Below, one piece after another: positions 1 through 9,890 of a stretch of DNA of 64,000 nucleotides. The position numbers were made by a program, and so were the translations under genes. The notes beneath the pieces were generated by a model that ran no database searches, had not been told where the DNA came from, and saw only the letters and a program-made list of their open reading frames with translations. The stretch's first letter is position 1. Each line of letters opens with the position of its first letter. The stretch is from Candidatus Poribacteria bacterium (GTDB taxonomy: Bacteria; Poribacteria; WGA-4E; WGA-3G): the NCBI GenBank assembly GCA_963665235.2, contig CAXXLX010000001.1, forward strand, positions 192,001 to 256,000, read 5' to 3'.

Positions 1-2
1 AT

Positions 3-584
3 CAAGCCTTTGCCGAGATTTGGGGCACGGAGAAGCTGTGGGTCAGTTTCGACCGTGCAAGCATGAGCCCGCCCAATGTCCCCGGAAAATTTGAACGCAC
101 AAACTTAGGGCTCCACTGGGATACATCTATCGATACTCCTATCCGCTTCCACGTTCAGGGGGTGCTTTATTTAACGGACACCGCTGCGAACCAAGGGGCG
201 TTTACCTGCGTGCCCGGATTTCACAATCGGATTGAGGAGTGGATAAAAAGTCTGCCCCCGGATTCCAATCCACGGGCACAAGATTTAGAGGCGTTAGGCA
301 CAACTCCTGTCCCCGGAAAAGCAGGCGATTTGATAATTTGGCACAGTGCGTTGCCACATAGTGCTGGCATCAACACTGCGGACGTACCGCGCGTTGCACA
401 ATACATCACTATGACCCCAACAGGTGAAGCAAGTCAGGAAGCACGCGAACGTCGTATCAACGCATGGGAAAACCGTATGGCTGGGTTTAGCGGCGAACGG
501 GCAGAAAAGGAGCATCAATCGGGGAAAACCGCCGAATTGACCGAACTTGGGAAAAAGTTGCTGGGACTTGAGGTATGGGGATAG
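3..584 (+). CDS. Phytanoyl-CoA dioxygenase (PhyH) family protein, 5'-partial
   Basis: Frame is open from the window edge (QAFAEIWGTEKLWVSFDRASM...). HxD motif (LHWD), QGVLYLTD..GAF.CVPGFH and distal His in GDLIIWHSALPH. Confidence 0.85.
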   Translation, partial: QAFAEIWGTEKLWVSFDRASMSPPNVPGKFERTNLGLHWDTSIDTPIRFHVQGVLYLTDTAANQGAFTCVPGFHNRIEEWIKSLPPDSNPRAQDLEALGTTPVPGKAGDLIIWHSALPHSAGINTADVPRVAQYITMTPTGEASQEARERRINAWENRMAGFSGERAEKEHQSGKTAELTELGKKLLGLEVWG

Positions 585-609
585 ATATCCCGCCCCACCG
601 AACGTCCTC

Positions 610-1341
610 TTAAGCCATCCGAATGCCGCCATTGACATCAAGTGTTGCGCCGGTAATGTACTGCCCCTCTTCCGAAGCGAGAAAGAGGATAGCACTTGCA
701 ATTTCCGAAGCATCCGCGACGCGTCCTAACGGAATCTGATCGGTCATGTCCGGATGGTTTTTCGCCATCTCCGTTGCTGCAATGCCCGGGGCGATAGAGT
801 TCACCGTGATGCCGTGCTCGCCTAACACACGCGCCAGCGATTTCGTCAGGCACATCACCCCAGCTTTAGAGGCGGAATACGGGGCAGAGGCAACTAAACC
901 GCCGACCTGTCCCGCTAACGAACCGAGATTGATGATCCGTCCAAATCGCTGCGCCTTCATCGTCTCCATAACAGCTTGTGAGCAGAGGAATGGGCCTTTG
1001 AGATTTACAGCCATCATTCTATCCCACTCCGCTTCACTGCACGTCTCTATACGGGTGTAGCTAAAAATGCCAGCGTTGTTGACTAAAATATCAATACGTC
1101 CAAATTCGTCAAGGGTTCTGTTTACCATGGCTCGTACGGATTCACCATCAGCGACATCCGTTTCAATGACGCAGCATTTTCTGCCGAGGGCAGTTATCTC
1201 TTTTGAGACCGCCTCAGCATTCGTCATATTGACTTCAGGGATAACAATATCCGCGCCTTCTCTAGCGAACGCAAGACATGTCGCTTTACCAATGCCGCCA
1301 CCCCCGCCTGTCACAATCGCAACGCGTCCATCTAATCGCAT
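610..1341 (-). CDS. SDR family oxidoreductase (FabG-like)
   Basis: TGGGGGIG, NNAG and YxxxK (YSASK) motifs. Start moved to MRLDG, after an AGGAGG RBS. Confidence 0.9.
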   Translation of the reverse strand: MRLDGRVAIVTGGGGGIGKATCLAFAREGADIVIPEVNMTNAEAVSKEITALGRKCCVIETDVADGESVRAMVNRTLDEFGRIDILVNNAGIFSYTRIETCSEAEWDRMMAVNLKGPFLCSQAVMETMKAQRFGRIINLGSLAGQVGGLVASAPYSASKAGVMCLTKSLARVLGEHGITVNSIAPGIAATEMAKNHPDMTDQIPLGRVADASEIASAILFLASEEGQYITGATLDVNGGIRMA

Positions 1342-1546
1342 TTCTGACCCTCCTTTGGTGCATTTTATGTGAGTAAGTGGACAAATATTAAAATTGTCCC
1401 TACGTTTTTTCTTGAAAACATTCTGTTTATATGGTAAAATATAGTATAGTATCACACGAATTCTGGAAAAAGTCAATAGGGTAGGTTTAAGGCAGCATAC
1501 CCGCTGTTCTAACGATTAGTCCTATTGGCACAAGGAGAACTGAAGA

Positions 1547-4105
1547 ATGACAACGACCACATTTTCGCGCTGGATAATACCAATTTTGGTGTTGGGTTCT
1601 GTTTTTGTCGCTGCTTTTACGGCAACGGCACAGAATTATTATCCCGCCGATATCGGCAATAAATGGGTTTTAGAAAATACTAGAAGTGAGCAACAGCTCA
1701 CCTATACGCTTGAGACACCCAAAAATGCTGACGAGCAGGAATATATCCTCCTCAAAATTGAGACCGTAAAACAGAGCATAGGTGAGCCGGACAAGGTGGT
1801 AGACCTCGACCAGTATTTTTTGAGCGATGCACCCGACGCGGTTAAACTCCACAAGACTATCCTACAGCAAGACCCTTACGGCATTATAACTGCGAACTTT
1901 CCAACACCTGTTACCTTTTTTCCTAAAGTTTTAGAACTAGGTGATAAATGGCAGATAACAGCAGACACGAAAATCCTCACTATTCCTGTAAAAACTATCT
2001 CCAATTTAGAGGTCGTTGCATTTGAGGACGTTGTAACACCCGCCGGAACATTTCAGAACTGCGCCAAAGTTGAGTTGAAATTGGAAATTAGGGGAGCCAT
2101 AAGCGGTAATTTCGATCCAACCTATCAATGGTTAGCCCCTGATGTTGGTCCTGTTAAATATAAAAACACTACTGGACTTGTCTTTAGATTGGTAAGCTCT
2201 AATCTCTTAACACCCGGGGTTGCATTAGCCGGCGTAGGTGCGTTGGCGAAACAAACCACAAACGCAAGCACGGGAGTCAACTATACGCTCCGGGTGACAA
2301 ACACAGGCAGCACAAACGATACGTTTAGATTATCAACGTCAGGCGATGTGAGTGCTACACTTAGTAGGTCCACTGTCTCGCTTGCCCCTAAGGCTTCCAT
2401 CCAAGTAACGGCGAGGGTCGATGACCCCGCACTAGCCGCCCCAGGGAGCTATGCTGTCAAGGTTACAGCAACTTCGCAAAAAGATACAACACAAACCGCT
2501 GATATTACAACCACAACCACTATCCTTCCTGTTTATGCGGTTACGTTAGCAGGCGTAGGCGAGTTGGCAAAACAGACTACAGACGCAAGCACGGGAGTCA
2601 ACTATACTCTCAATATCACAAACACAGGAAACACAAACGATACGTTTAGATTATCAACGTCAGGCGATGCGAATGCTACACTCAGTCAGTACACTGTCCC
2701 GCTTGCCCCTAAGGCTTCCACCCAAGTGACGGTCAAGGTCGCCGGTGCTGCGCTATCGGCTGCAGGAAGTTATGCCATCAAGGTCACAGCAACATCACAA
2801 AACGATAGCACACAAACCGCTGATATTACAACCACAACCACTGTTCCACCGGTTTACAGGGTCACGTTAGCAGGCGTAGGCGAGTTGACAAAACAGACTA
2901 CAGACGCAAGCACTGGGGTCAACTATACACTCAATATCACAAACACAGGAAACACAAACGATACGTTCAACTTAGCAACCTCAGGCGATGTGACTGCCAC
3001 ACTCAGCCAGACCGCTATCTCACTCAGTCGAGGGGCTTCAGCAGAGGTGACAGTGACAATAGCTGACCCCGCACTAGCCAACGCAGGGACTTATGCCGTA
3101 AAGGTTATAGCAACTTCGCAGGAGAATAACACGCAAACCGCTGAAGCGACAACCACAACCACTATCCTTCCTATTTACGGCATCACCTTAGCTGGCGTAG
3201 GCGAGTTGACAAAACAGACTACAGACGCAAGCACGGGGGTCAACTATACTCTCAATATCACAAACACAGGAAACACAAACGATACGTTCAACTTAGCAAC
3301 CTCAGGCGATGTGACTGCTACACTCAGCCAGACCGCTATCTCACTCAGTCGAGGGGCTTCAGCAGAGGTGACAGTGACAATAGCTGACCCCGCACTAGCC
3401 AACGCAGGGACTTATGCCGTAAAGGTTATAGCAACTTCGCAGGGGAATAACACGCAAACCGCTGAAGCGACAACCACAACCACTATCCTTCCTATTTACG
3501 GCATCACCTTAGCTGGCGTAGGCGAGTTGACAAAACAGACTACAGACGCAAGCACTGGGGTCAACTATACTCTCAATATCACAAACACAGGAAACACAAA
3601 CGATACGTTCAACTTAGCAACCTCAGGCGATGTGACTGCTACACTCAGCCAGACCGCTATCTCACTCAGTCGAGGGGCTTCAGCAGAGGTGACAGTGACA
3701 ATAGCTGACCCCGCACTAGCCAACGCAGGGACTTATGCCATCAAGGTTACAGCAACTTCGCAGGGGGATAACACACAAACCGCTGAAGCGACAACTACAA
3801 CCACTATCCTTCCTATTTACGGCATCACCTTAGCTGGCGTAGGCGAGTTGACAAAACAGACTACAGACGCAAGCACTGGGGTCAACTATACTCTCAATAT
3901 CACAAACACAGGAAACACAAACGATACGTTCAACTTAGCAACCTCAGGTGATGTGACTGCTACACTCAGTCAGTCCACTGTCTCGCTATCCGCCGGGGCT
4001 TCAGCAGAGGTAACAGTGACAATAGCTGACCCCGCACTAGCCAACGCAGGGACTTATGCCGTAAACTTATGCCATCAAGGTTATAGCAACTTCGCAGGGG
4101 AATAA
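1547..4105 (+). CDS. Secreted modular protein, 5' part: N-terminal YYP...TPAGTF domain plus 107-aa Ig-like (NEW3/NPCBM-associated-like) repeats; continues into 4182-5039 across a frameshift
   Basis: Signal peptide (AFTATA-QNYYP) and AAGGAG RBS. 321-bp repeats. A 13-nt insertion at ~4061-4073 shifts the frame. Confidence 0.8.
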   Translation: MTTTTFSRWIIPILVLGSVFVAAFTATAQNYYPADIGNKWVLENTRSEQQLTYTLETPKNADEQEYILLKIETVKQSIGEPDKVVDLDQYFLSDAPDAVKLHKTILQQDPYGIITANFPTPVTFFPKVLELGDKWQITADTKILTIPVKTISNLEVVAFEDVVTPAGTFQNCAKVELKLEIRGAISGNFDPTYQWLAPDVGPVKYKNTTGLVFRLVSSNLLTPGVALAGVGALAKQTTNASTGVNYTLRVTNTGSTNDTFRLSTSGDVSATLSRSTVSLAPKASIQVTARVDDPALAAPGSYAVKVTATSQKDTTQTADITTTTTILPVYAVTLAGVGELAKQTTDASTGVNYTLNITNTGNTNDTFRLSTSGDANATLSQYTVPLAPKASTQVTVKVAGAALSAAGSYAIKVTATSQNDSTQTADITTTTTVPPVYRVTLAGVGELTKQTTDASTGVNYTLNITNTGNTNDTFNLATSGDVTATLSQTAISLSRGASAEVTVTIADPALANAGTYAVKVIATSQENNTQTAEATTTTTILPIYGITLAGVGELTKQTTDASTGVNYTLNITNTGNTNDTFNLATSGDVTATLSQTAISLSRGASAEVTVTIADPALANAGTYAVKVIATSQGNNTQTAEATTTTTILPIYGITLAGVGELTKQTTDASTGVNYTLNITNTGNTNDTFNLATSGDVTATLSQTAISLSRGASAEVTVTIADPALANAGTYAIKVTATSQGDNTQTAEATTTTTILPIYGITLAGVGELTKQTTDASTGVNYTLNITNTGNTNDTFNLATSGDVTATLSQSTVSLSAGASAEVTVTIADPALANAGTYAVNLCHQGYSNFAGE

Positions 4106-4490
4106 CACACAAACCGCTGAAGCAACAATCACAACCACTATCCTTCCTGTTTATGCGGTTACGTTAGCTGGCGTAGGCGAGTTGACAAAACAGATAGCGA
4201 CAGCAGGTGAACCGGTCAACTATACACTCAATATCACAAATACCGGCAACACAGCGGACGTGATAGATATCACAACGACAGGCGATGTGGCTGCTACATT
4301 AAGTCAGTCCACTGTCTCGCTATCCGCCGGGGCTTCAGCAGAAGTGACGATGACAGTGGATACAGCTGCGCTGTCGACTGCCGGCGATTATGCAGTCATG
4401 GTTACAGCCACTTCCCAGGGGGATACTACACAAACCGCTGAAGCGACAACCACAACGACTCTTCTGCCGGTTACACCAGCTTACGGTGTG
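2231..4490 (+). repeat. Intragenic tandem repeat, 321-bp unit, ~7 copies
   Basis: The GGCGTAGG anchor recurs at 2231, 2552, 2873, 3194, 3515, 3836 and 4170 (last step is 334 = 321+13). Confidence 0.95.
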
Positions 4491-5039
4491 AAGTTTGAAG
4501 GGGATAGTGAACGCGCTGGGTCAACCGTGGATGTGCTATCGGGTGTCAGTTATACGGTCACAGTCACGAACACTGGGAATATGGATGACACGATAGTGCT
4601 TAGCTCTTCAGCAGAGATTGGCATTGAGGGGAGTGTGCGCGGGACTTTCACTGCCGCAGGTTCGCAAGGAGAGCCGAGTGGTCAGCTAGAAGTTGTGCTA
4701 GCCCCGGGCACGTCTGCCGAGGTGCTCTTCACAGCAGCGGGGGATGCCTTCACAAAACCGGGCGAATACACGATTGAAGTTACAGCAACTTCGCAAAACG
4801 ATCGCACAAAAACCGCCATGCTCACCATTACAACGACGATAACCCCAGTACCCTCAGATGTAAATGCTGATGGGATGGTAAATATTTTGGATTTAGTGAA
4901 GGTCGCTAATCAATTCGGTGAAGTTGGCGATAGTCTCGTTTCGGATGTGACTATGGATGGTGTGGTAAATATTTTGGATTTAGTGAAGGTCGCTAATCAA
5001 TTCGGTAAGACACAAGTGGAGATTGTGACGGAGAACTAG
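4182..5039 (+). CDS. C-terminal part of the same modular protein: two further Ig-like repeats plus a double dockerin-like domain
   Basis: In frame with the repeat register after the insertion. DVNADGMVNILDLVKVANQFG motif occurs twice. Confidence 0.75.
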   Translation: MTKQIATAGEPVNYTLNITNTGNTADVIDITTTGDVAATLSQSTVSLSAGASAEVTMTVDTAALSTAGDYAVMVTATSQGDTTQTAEATTTTTLLPVTPAYGVKFEGDSERAGSTVDVLSGVSYTVTVTNTGNMDDTIVLSSSAEIGIEGSVRGTFTAAGSQGEPSGQLEVVLAPGTSAEVLFTAAGDAFTKPGEYTIEVTATSQNDRTKTAMLTITTTITPVPSDVNADGMVNILDLVKVANQFGEVGDSLVSDVTMDGVVNILDLVKVANQFGKTQVEIVTEN

Positions 5040-5119
5040 CACTTTTTCACCGTTTGTAGGCGTGCCTAGTCGGTGGAATTAAGTTAATTTGGTATTAGGC
5101 CCGTTTGGAAAAAGTCAAT

Positions 5120-5320
5120 ATGGTAAATTGGAAAGTGGCATTGATTGCTATTGTCATCGCTATTCTGCTTATAGTAGCCGGGATGTGGTTTGGGTATCGC
5201 TACGTATCGGAACAGGACGATATACCGGTGGGCTGGCAGCGGTCTCCCGATATAATAGTCTTGTGCAGCGATACTCCGTTGCGTTTTTGTGCGCCCTATT
5301 TGCCAACACCGTCCGGCTAA
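5120..5320 (+). CDS. Small single-pass membrane hypothetical protein
   Basis: Hydrophobic N-terminal helix (KVALIAIVIAILLIVAGMWFGY). Fits between two co-oriented genes. Confidence 0.45.
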   Translation: MVNWKVALIAIVIAILLIVAGMWFGYRYVSEQDDIPVGWQRSPDIIVLCSDTPLRFCAPYLPTPSG

Positions 5321-5474
5321 GGCAGTACTGTTCCACTACCTTTCGAAGACAAGATGAGGGATATAGCTATCCCCTCACGCAAAACGCTTATTTTTTCCTT
5401 GATACTTTCTGGAACTTGTGATATTATTTTAGCAACGAATGTTTGTATATTTACAGAAAAAGGAGCTCAAAATT

Positions 5475-7337
5475 TTGAAATTTACTATATTTACGCGTTG
5501 CCTGCAACCGATTCTAATACTAAGCCTTGTATGTGGTTTTGCACTGACAGCAACCGCACAAGATTACTATCCAACAACTATTGGAAATACATGGGGTCTC
5601 CTCAGTACCGATGAGGCTGAACGGCTCACCTATTCAATTGAAGAGATCGAAAACGGTACGGTGGAAGGGGTTTTTCTCCTGAAAATCGTTACAGAGACAC
5701 TCGGCACTGAAACCGTTGATATTGACAAGTACTATATTTCTGATGAAAATGGCAATCTTTTACTACACGCGACAGCGACAGATGAAGGCACGTTCGGTAT
5801 TGCAGAATCTACGCTTGACCCACCCGCCACTTTCTTCCCCGCAGAATTGCCACTCGGCCGGACCTGGCAAGTTGTAACCGTAGCAGAACTTAACCTCGTA
5901 GGCACTTCAACAACTACAAGTACTATAAAAGTTGTCTCCATCGAGGATGTCGTAACGCCTGCTGGCACATTTGCCGACTGCGTTAAGATTGAAATAAATA
6001 GGCAATCTGTCACTGCCCTTTTAACAGTTCGCTCAACCTATTACCAATGGTTGGCACCGGATGTCGGGCCTATCAAATATGAAAACGACCAGGGAATTGT
6101 GTTTGAATTGGAAAGCTACAACCTCGTTGACGCAACTGATGATAGCACAACAGACGCGGACACAGATGACTCTTCCGTGACTGATGACACTACGGATGAC
6201 GACACCACAACAAGCGAACCCACGGATGATGGCACTACCGATGACGACACCACAACAGGCGAACCCACGGATGATGGCACTACCGATGACGACACCACAA
6301 CAGGTGAACCCACGGATGATGGCACTACCGATGACGACGATACCACAACAGATGAACCTACGTCCGACGATGGAACAGACGATACTGGTACAACTGAGGA
6401 TGACATGCCCGAGGATACGCCGACGGAACCAACTGAATACAGCTTTGACATTACCCTTGCCCCGGGATTGAACATGATATCTATTCCGCTAATGCCAGCG
6501 GAACCTTACACAGCGAAAGCCCTCGCTGAAATGTTAGGTTCAACGATTGTCATTAAACTTGACGCATCGACACAGCGTTTCGTTGGTTACACCATCGCGG
6601 AGGATGATGACGGTTTTGCTATTGATGGCGGTAGCGGCTATATCATCAACAGCTCCGCCGGGCGAGTTGTCCCGTTTACAGGCAAGGCATGGACTGATGC
6701 ATCTGCTGCACCGAAAATCAGCACGGCGAAAAGCGCGTGGGCATTTGTCATCACAACCGATTTACAACGGAAACAGACCGGGGTAGCTTATACCGTGATT
6801 GCTAAAAACCTTCGCACAGGAGCTGTCACAACGCAAAACGTTACGCCTGAAGATGCACGCGTCTCCGCTGTTTGGGCAAATCTGAATTACAAGAGCGTCG
6901 CTAAAGCCGGGGATACGATTGAGATTAAACTCCTCGACGAACGCGGCACCCTTGTCTCCGGACCGTTCCAACGTACAATTCAAACCTCTGACATTCACAA
7001 CGCCTATATGAGTGTGCAAATGCAAGTCGGGAACGTGCTTCCTCAAAAAACGATTCTGGGACAGAACTTCCCGAATCCGTTCAACCCTGAAACCTGGATA
7101 CCTTATCAACTCAAACAAAACACCGATGTAACACTCCGCATCTTTGATGTTTCGGGACGTTTGATTCGCACGTTAGACTTGGGGCATAAGTCAACAGGGT
7201 TATATGTGACAATCTCAACGGCGGCATATTGGGATGGTAAAAATGACGCGGGTGAAACTGTTTCAAGCGGAATCTATTTCTACACGCTCCAAACAGAGAA
7301 TTTCTCCGCTACCCGCCGAATGGTTATCCTCAAATAG
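5475..7337 (+). CDS. Secreted protein: YYP...TPAGTF domain, Asp/Thr-rich linker and FlgD-Ig/T9SS-A-like C-terminal domain
   Basis: TTG start after AAGGAG. Signal peptide ALTATA-QDYYP. C-terminus LGQNFPNPFNPETWIPY...YWDGKN..GE.VSSGIYFY...RRMVILK. Confidence 0.85.
   Translation: MKFTIFTRCLQPILILSLVCGFALTATAQDYYPTTIGNTWGLLSTDEAERLTYSIEEIENGTVEGVFLLKIVTETLGTETVDIDKYYISDENGNLLLHATATDEGTFGIAESTLDPPATFFPAELPLGRTWQVVTVAELNLVGTSTTTSTIKVVSIEDVVTPAGTFADCVKIEINRQSVTALLTVRSTYYQWLAPDVGPIKYENDQGIVFELESYNLVDATDDSTTDADTDDSSVTDDTTDDDTTTSEPTDDGTTDDDTTTGEPTDDGTTDDDTTTGEPTDDGTTDDDDTTTDEPTSDDGTDDTGTTEDDMPEDTPTEPTEYSFDITLAPGLNMISIPLMPAEPYTAKALAEMLGSTIVIKLDASTQRFVGYTIAEDDDGFAIDGGSGYIINSSAGRVVPFTGKAWTDASAAPKISTAKSAWAFVITTDLQRKQTGVAYTVIAKNLRTGAVTTQNVTPEDARVSAVWANLNYKSVAKAGDTIEIKLLDERGTLVSGPFQRTIQTSDIHNAYMSVQMQVGNVLPQKTILGQNFPNPFNPETWIPYQLKQNTDVTLRIFDVSGRLIRTLDLGHKSTGLYVTISTAAYWDGKNDAGETVSSGIYFYTLQTENFSATRRMVILK
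6190..6350 (+). repeat. 45-bp intragenic tandem repeat encoding GEPTDDGTTDDDTTT, ~3.5 copies
   Basis: GACACCACAA recurs at 6201, 6246 and 6291. Confidence 0.9.
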
Positions 7338-7361
7338 ATAACGGTGCCAAAATTGTTTAAA

Positions 7362-7422
7362 AAAACGCCTTGAGGTTAAAATCAACCCACAGCGGGATGG
7401 TTACATCGAGGCGTTTTCTTTT
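7362..7422 (+). terminator. Possible intrinsic terminator hairpin
   Basis: AAAACGCCTTGA ... TCGAGGCGTTTT followed by a T-rich tract, just after a stop codon. The loop is long. Confidence 0.35.
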
Positions 7423-7465
7423 AATGACAGCACACGGCGTGTGCCTATTACCTTAGGGGGATTAG

Positions 7466-8284
7466 ATGCTCGGAAAACAGACATTTGGAATTTTTTTAGT
7501 AATAACCCTTGCTGCTTGTGTCGCGCTACGCGCAGCTGCACAAAATTATTACCCGACAACTCTCGGCAATATATGGGTCATGGAAACTGAAGATGGAACG
7601 GAACGGCTCACCTACACTGTCGAAGCGTCCGATGAAGTCATTAACGGTAAAAAGCTGGGACTCATCAAACTCACAACAGAAACCCTAGGAGCGGACTTTG
7701 CCACGACAGAGAAGTTCTTTGTGGATTTTGAAGAGGACAGCATTAAACTCTATAAGGTTGAAGTAGACCTCGGCCCGATATTTGGCGTAGCAACCGCGCT
7801 GGTATACCCGCCCGTGCTCCTTTACCCACTCTCACCAGCACTCGGAGATTCATGGACGGTTACCCTTAATTCAGAGATAACCTTGGCGGGCCCTATAACG
7901 TTGACTAGCGTGAACGAAGTTGTCGCAATAGAGGATGTTGTAACACCAATAGGCAGATTTGAGGATTGCATAAAAATTAGACTACGGACAAAAGCTACCA
8001 CTAAGACAAGTATAATGCGTGGTACAACCTACCAATGGCTTGCACCAGATTTAGGTCCCGTCAAATTCGAGAATACCCAGGATATCGTTTATGAATTGGT
8101 CAGCTTTACCGTCCTCGCGGATGTCTCACCGTATGATGTAACGGGTGATGGTGTGGTCAATATTTTGGATCTTGTCTTTGTAGCATCTCGGTTCGGTCAA
8201 GCGGATGCGGAAGCTGATGTGAACAATGATGGCATCGTAAATATTCTGGATTTGACTCTCATCGCAGGAAAATTCGGAACGTAA
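7466..8284 (+). CDS. Secreted protein: YYP...TPxGxF domain plus double dockerin-like domain
   Basis: Paralog of the two upstream N-terminal domains (YQWLAPDLGPVKFEN). DVTGDGVVNILDL and DVNNDGIVNILDL motifs. Confidence 0.85.
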   Translation: MLGKQTFGIFLVITLAACVALRAAAQNYYPTTLGNIWVMETEDGTERLTYTVEASDEVINGKKLGLIKLTTETLGADFATTEKFFVDFEEDSIKLYKVEVDLGPIFGVATALVYPPVLLYPLSPALGDSWTVTLNSEITLAGPITLTSVNEVVAIEDVVTPIGRFEDCIKIRLRTKATTKTSIMRGTTYQWLAPDLGPVKFENTQDIVYELVSFTVLADVSPYDVTGDGVVNILDLVFVASRFGQADAEADVNNDGIVNILDLTLIAGKFGT

Positions 8285-8291
8285 TGCATTC

Positions 8292-9890
8292 TTACAGAAT
8301 CCGCTTTTGAACCGAATTTGGCGCGAGGGTCTCCTCATGCCATAAAGTTGTTTCAGCCTCGCGTTGTCCCTGCTCTTTAATATCCTTTTGAAGCTGCCAC
8401 GAAAATGTGAGGGGTGAATCGCCGCTATTGTAGAACACTACCTCCGCGGTGTTAGTTGCGCCAACAATCGGGCGTACCAACGAAAGAAGCGTTGATGGCA
8501 TTTTCGCTGCCCCCGCCGAATTTCTGACAGTTATCAGCGGCACCACTTCTCCCAAAATCTCGCGTGTACCCAGAAGTAGCGGCCCGTAGCATGCGGTGAC
8601 TGCGCCTTGTCCCCAATTGCGTCCATGCCCTGCGGCAACCGAGCAGACCGCGCCTCCCATATCCGCGTGTTCTCTGCCACCCCGCAACACACGGCGAGCG
8701 ATAGCCAGACGCGCCGCAGCATTTCGCAATGCCCTAACAGCGTAGCTAATCTCACCTGTGAGCTGATAGGCGAGTGTTAGCGTGGCTGTTGATGGTTCGC
8801 GAATCGGTTTTACCGAACCGTCATCTGACCATTCTCCCCAGTACGCCATATCTGAACGTCTGCCGACACCCAATTCCCTGCGCCGAATCTCCTGCGGAAA
8901 AACGAGCGCGAGCAATTCCGGGGCGGTCCCGGGAAGTTGCTGTAAACCCTCCGTAATCGCAGTGTCAAACCCCGTATCGTTGAATGTCCAACGATAATAA
9001 CTAAGCGCAGCCGCAGCGGGGTCGTTATACGGGTCGCTAAGCGATGTAACAAGCGGTTCAACAATACGTCGCGCTGCCGATTTGAAGATGGACTCCCTAG
9101 ACAGCAGATATAGGTCACCTAAGGCGTAGATAGCTCCAGAAGCGAGTAGGTTTTCAACGCCTGCCAACGGGTCACCGGGAATGTGATGCGAACTTGCGAC
9201 AAGTCGATGCAAATTTTTTGCATCAACCTCCGCCTCGCTGAGCCCCTGTGCTTCCAAATCCCAGAGCAGCGGCATCGGTTCCGATGCAGCGACGATACGC
9301 TCAGCACGTTTACGGCCATATCGCAATGCCCACGTCACATATCGCGCCTCGCCTGTGACGCGATACGCTGCAAGGGCGATGTGAATAAAACGGAAATGCT
9401 CCGCGAGTTCATACGCGTTCTTTTCATCGTTCTCCACAAATTGGGTACCGATATTGTAACCGATAAAGGTATCCCGGGTGTAATCATACCAAGCTGGTAT
9501 TTCTGGCACCCAATTGCCGATATGTTCCGCAGCATCGGTTAAAGCAGAAATAGCCGAAGTGTCCTCCGGTTGTAATCCGATATAGCGGGGTAGGAAAAGC
9601 AGAAACGGTTCCGTACCGTGATGTGCTTCCGCCTTCGGCTCATAGCCGTGGACACAATCACGTTCTATCCAACCGAGCAGTGCCGTTTTGAGAGCGTCGA
9701 AGTGTGCTAAAACTGCTGATTCTCCGGTGATGAGATAGTGTGGAAACCAAGCGAGGGCGTAGTTCGCCTCATCTTCGCCGCCATCGTTCGGCCCGGGCGG
9801 GTCGAGATGCATGCTCTGTTTAAGCCAACGGCCCATCTCTGTTCTAAGACTACTATAAGCTTTGTAGCAATCGCGCATTAGCATTTTCAT
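8292..9890 (-). CDS. Hypothetical protein, possibly an (alpha/alpha)6 glycosidase-like fold
   Basis: 532-aa ORF coupled to the upstream gene by a 4-nt overlap. Recurring AYxxTGE helix motifs. Confidence 0.7.
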   Translation of the reverse strand: MKMLMRDCYKAYSSLRTEMGRWLKQSMHLDPPGPNDGGEDEANYALAWFPHYLITGESAVLAHFDALKTALLGWIERDCVHGYEPKAEAHHGTEPFLLFLPRYIGLQPEDTSAISALTDAAEHIGNWVPEIPAWYDYTRDTFIGYNIGTQFVENDEKNAYELAEHFRFIHIALAAYRVTGEARYVTWALRYGRKRAERIVAASEPMPLLWDLEAQGLSEAEVDAKNLHRLVASSHHIPGDPLAGVENLLASGAIYALGDLYLLSRESIFKSAARRIVEPLVTSLSDPYNDPAAAALSYYRWTFNDTGFDTAITEGLQQLPGTAPELLALVFPQEIRRRELGVGRRSDMAYWGEWSDDGSVKPIREPSTATLTLAYQLTGEISYAVRALRNAAARLAIARRVLRGGREHADMGGAVCSVAAGHGRNWGQGAVTACYGPLLLGTREILGEVVPLITVRNSAGAAKMPSTLLSLVRPIVGATNTAEVVFYNSGDSPLTFSWQLQKDIKEQGQREAETTLWHEETLAPNSVQKRIL

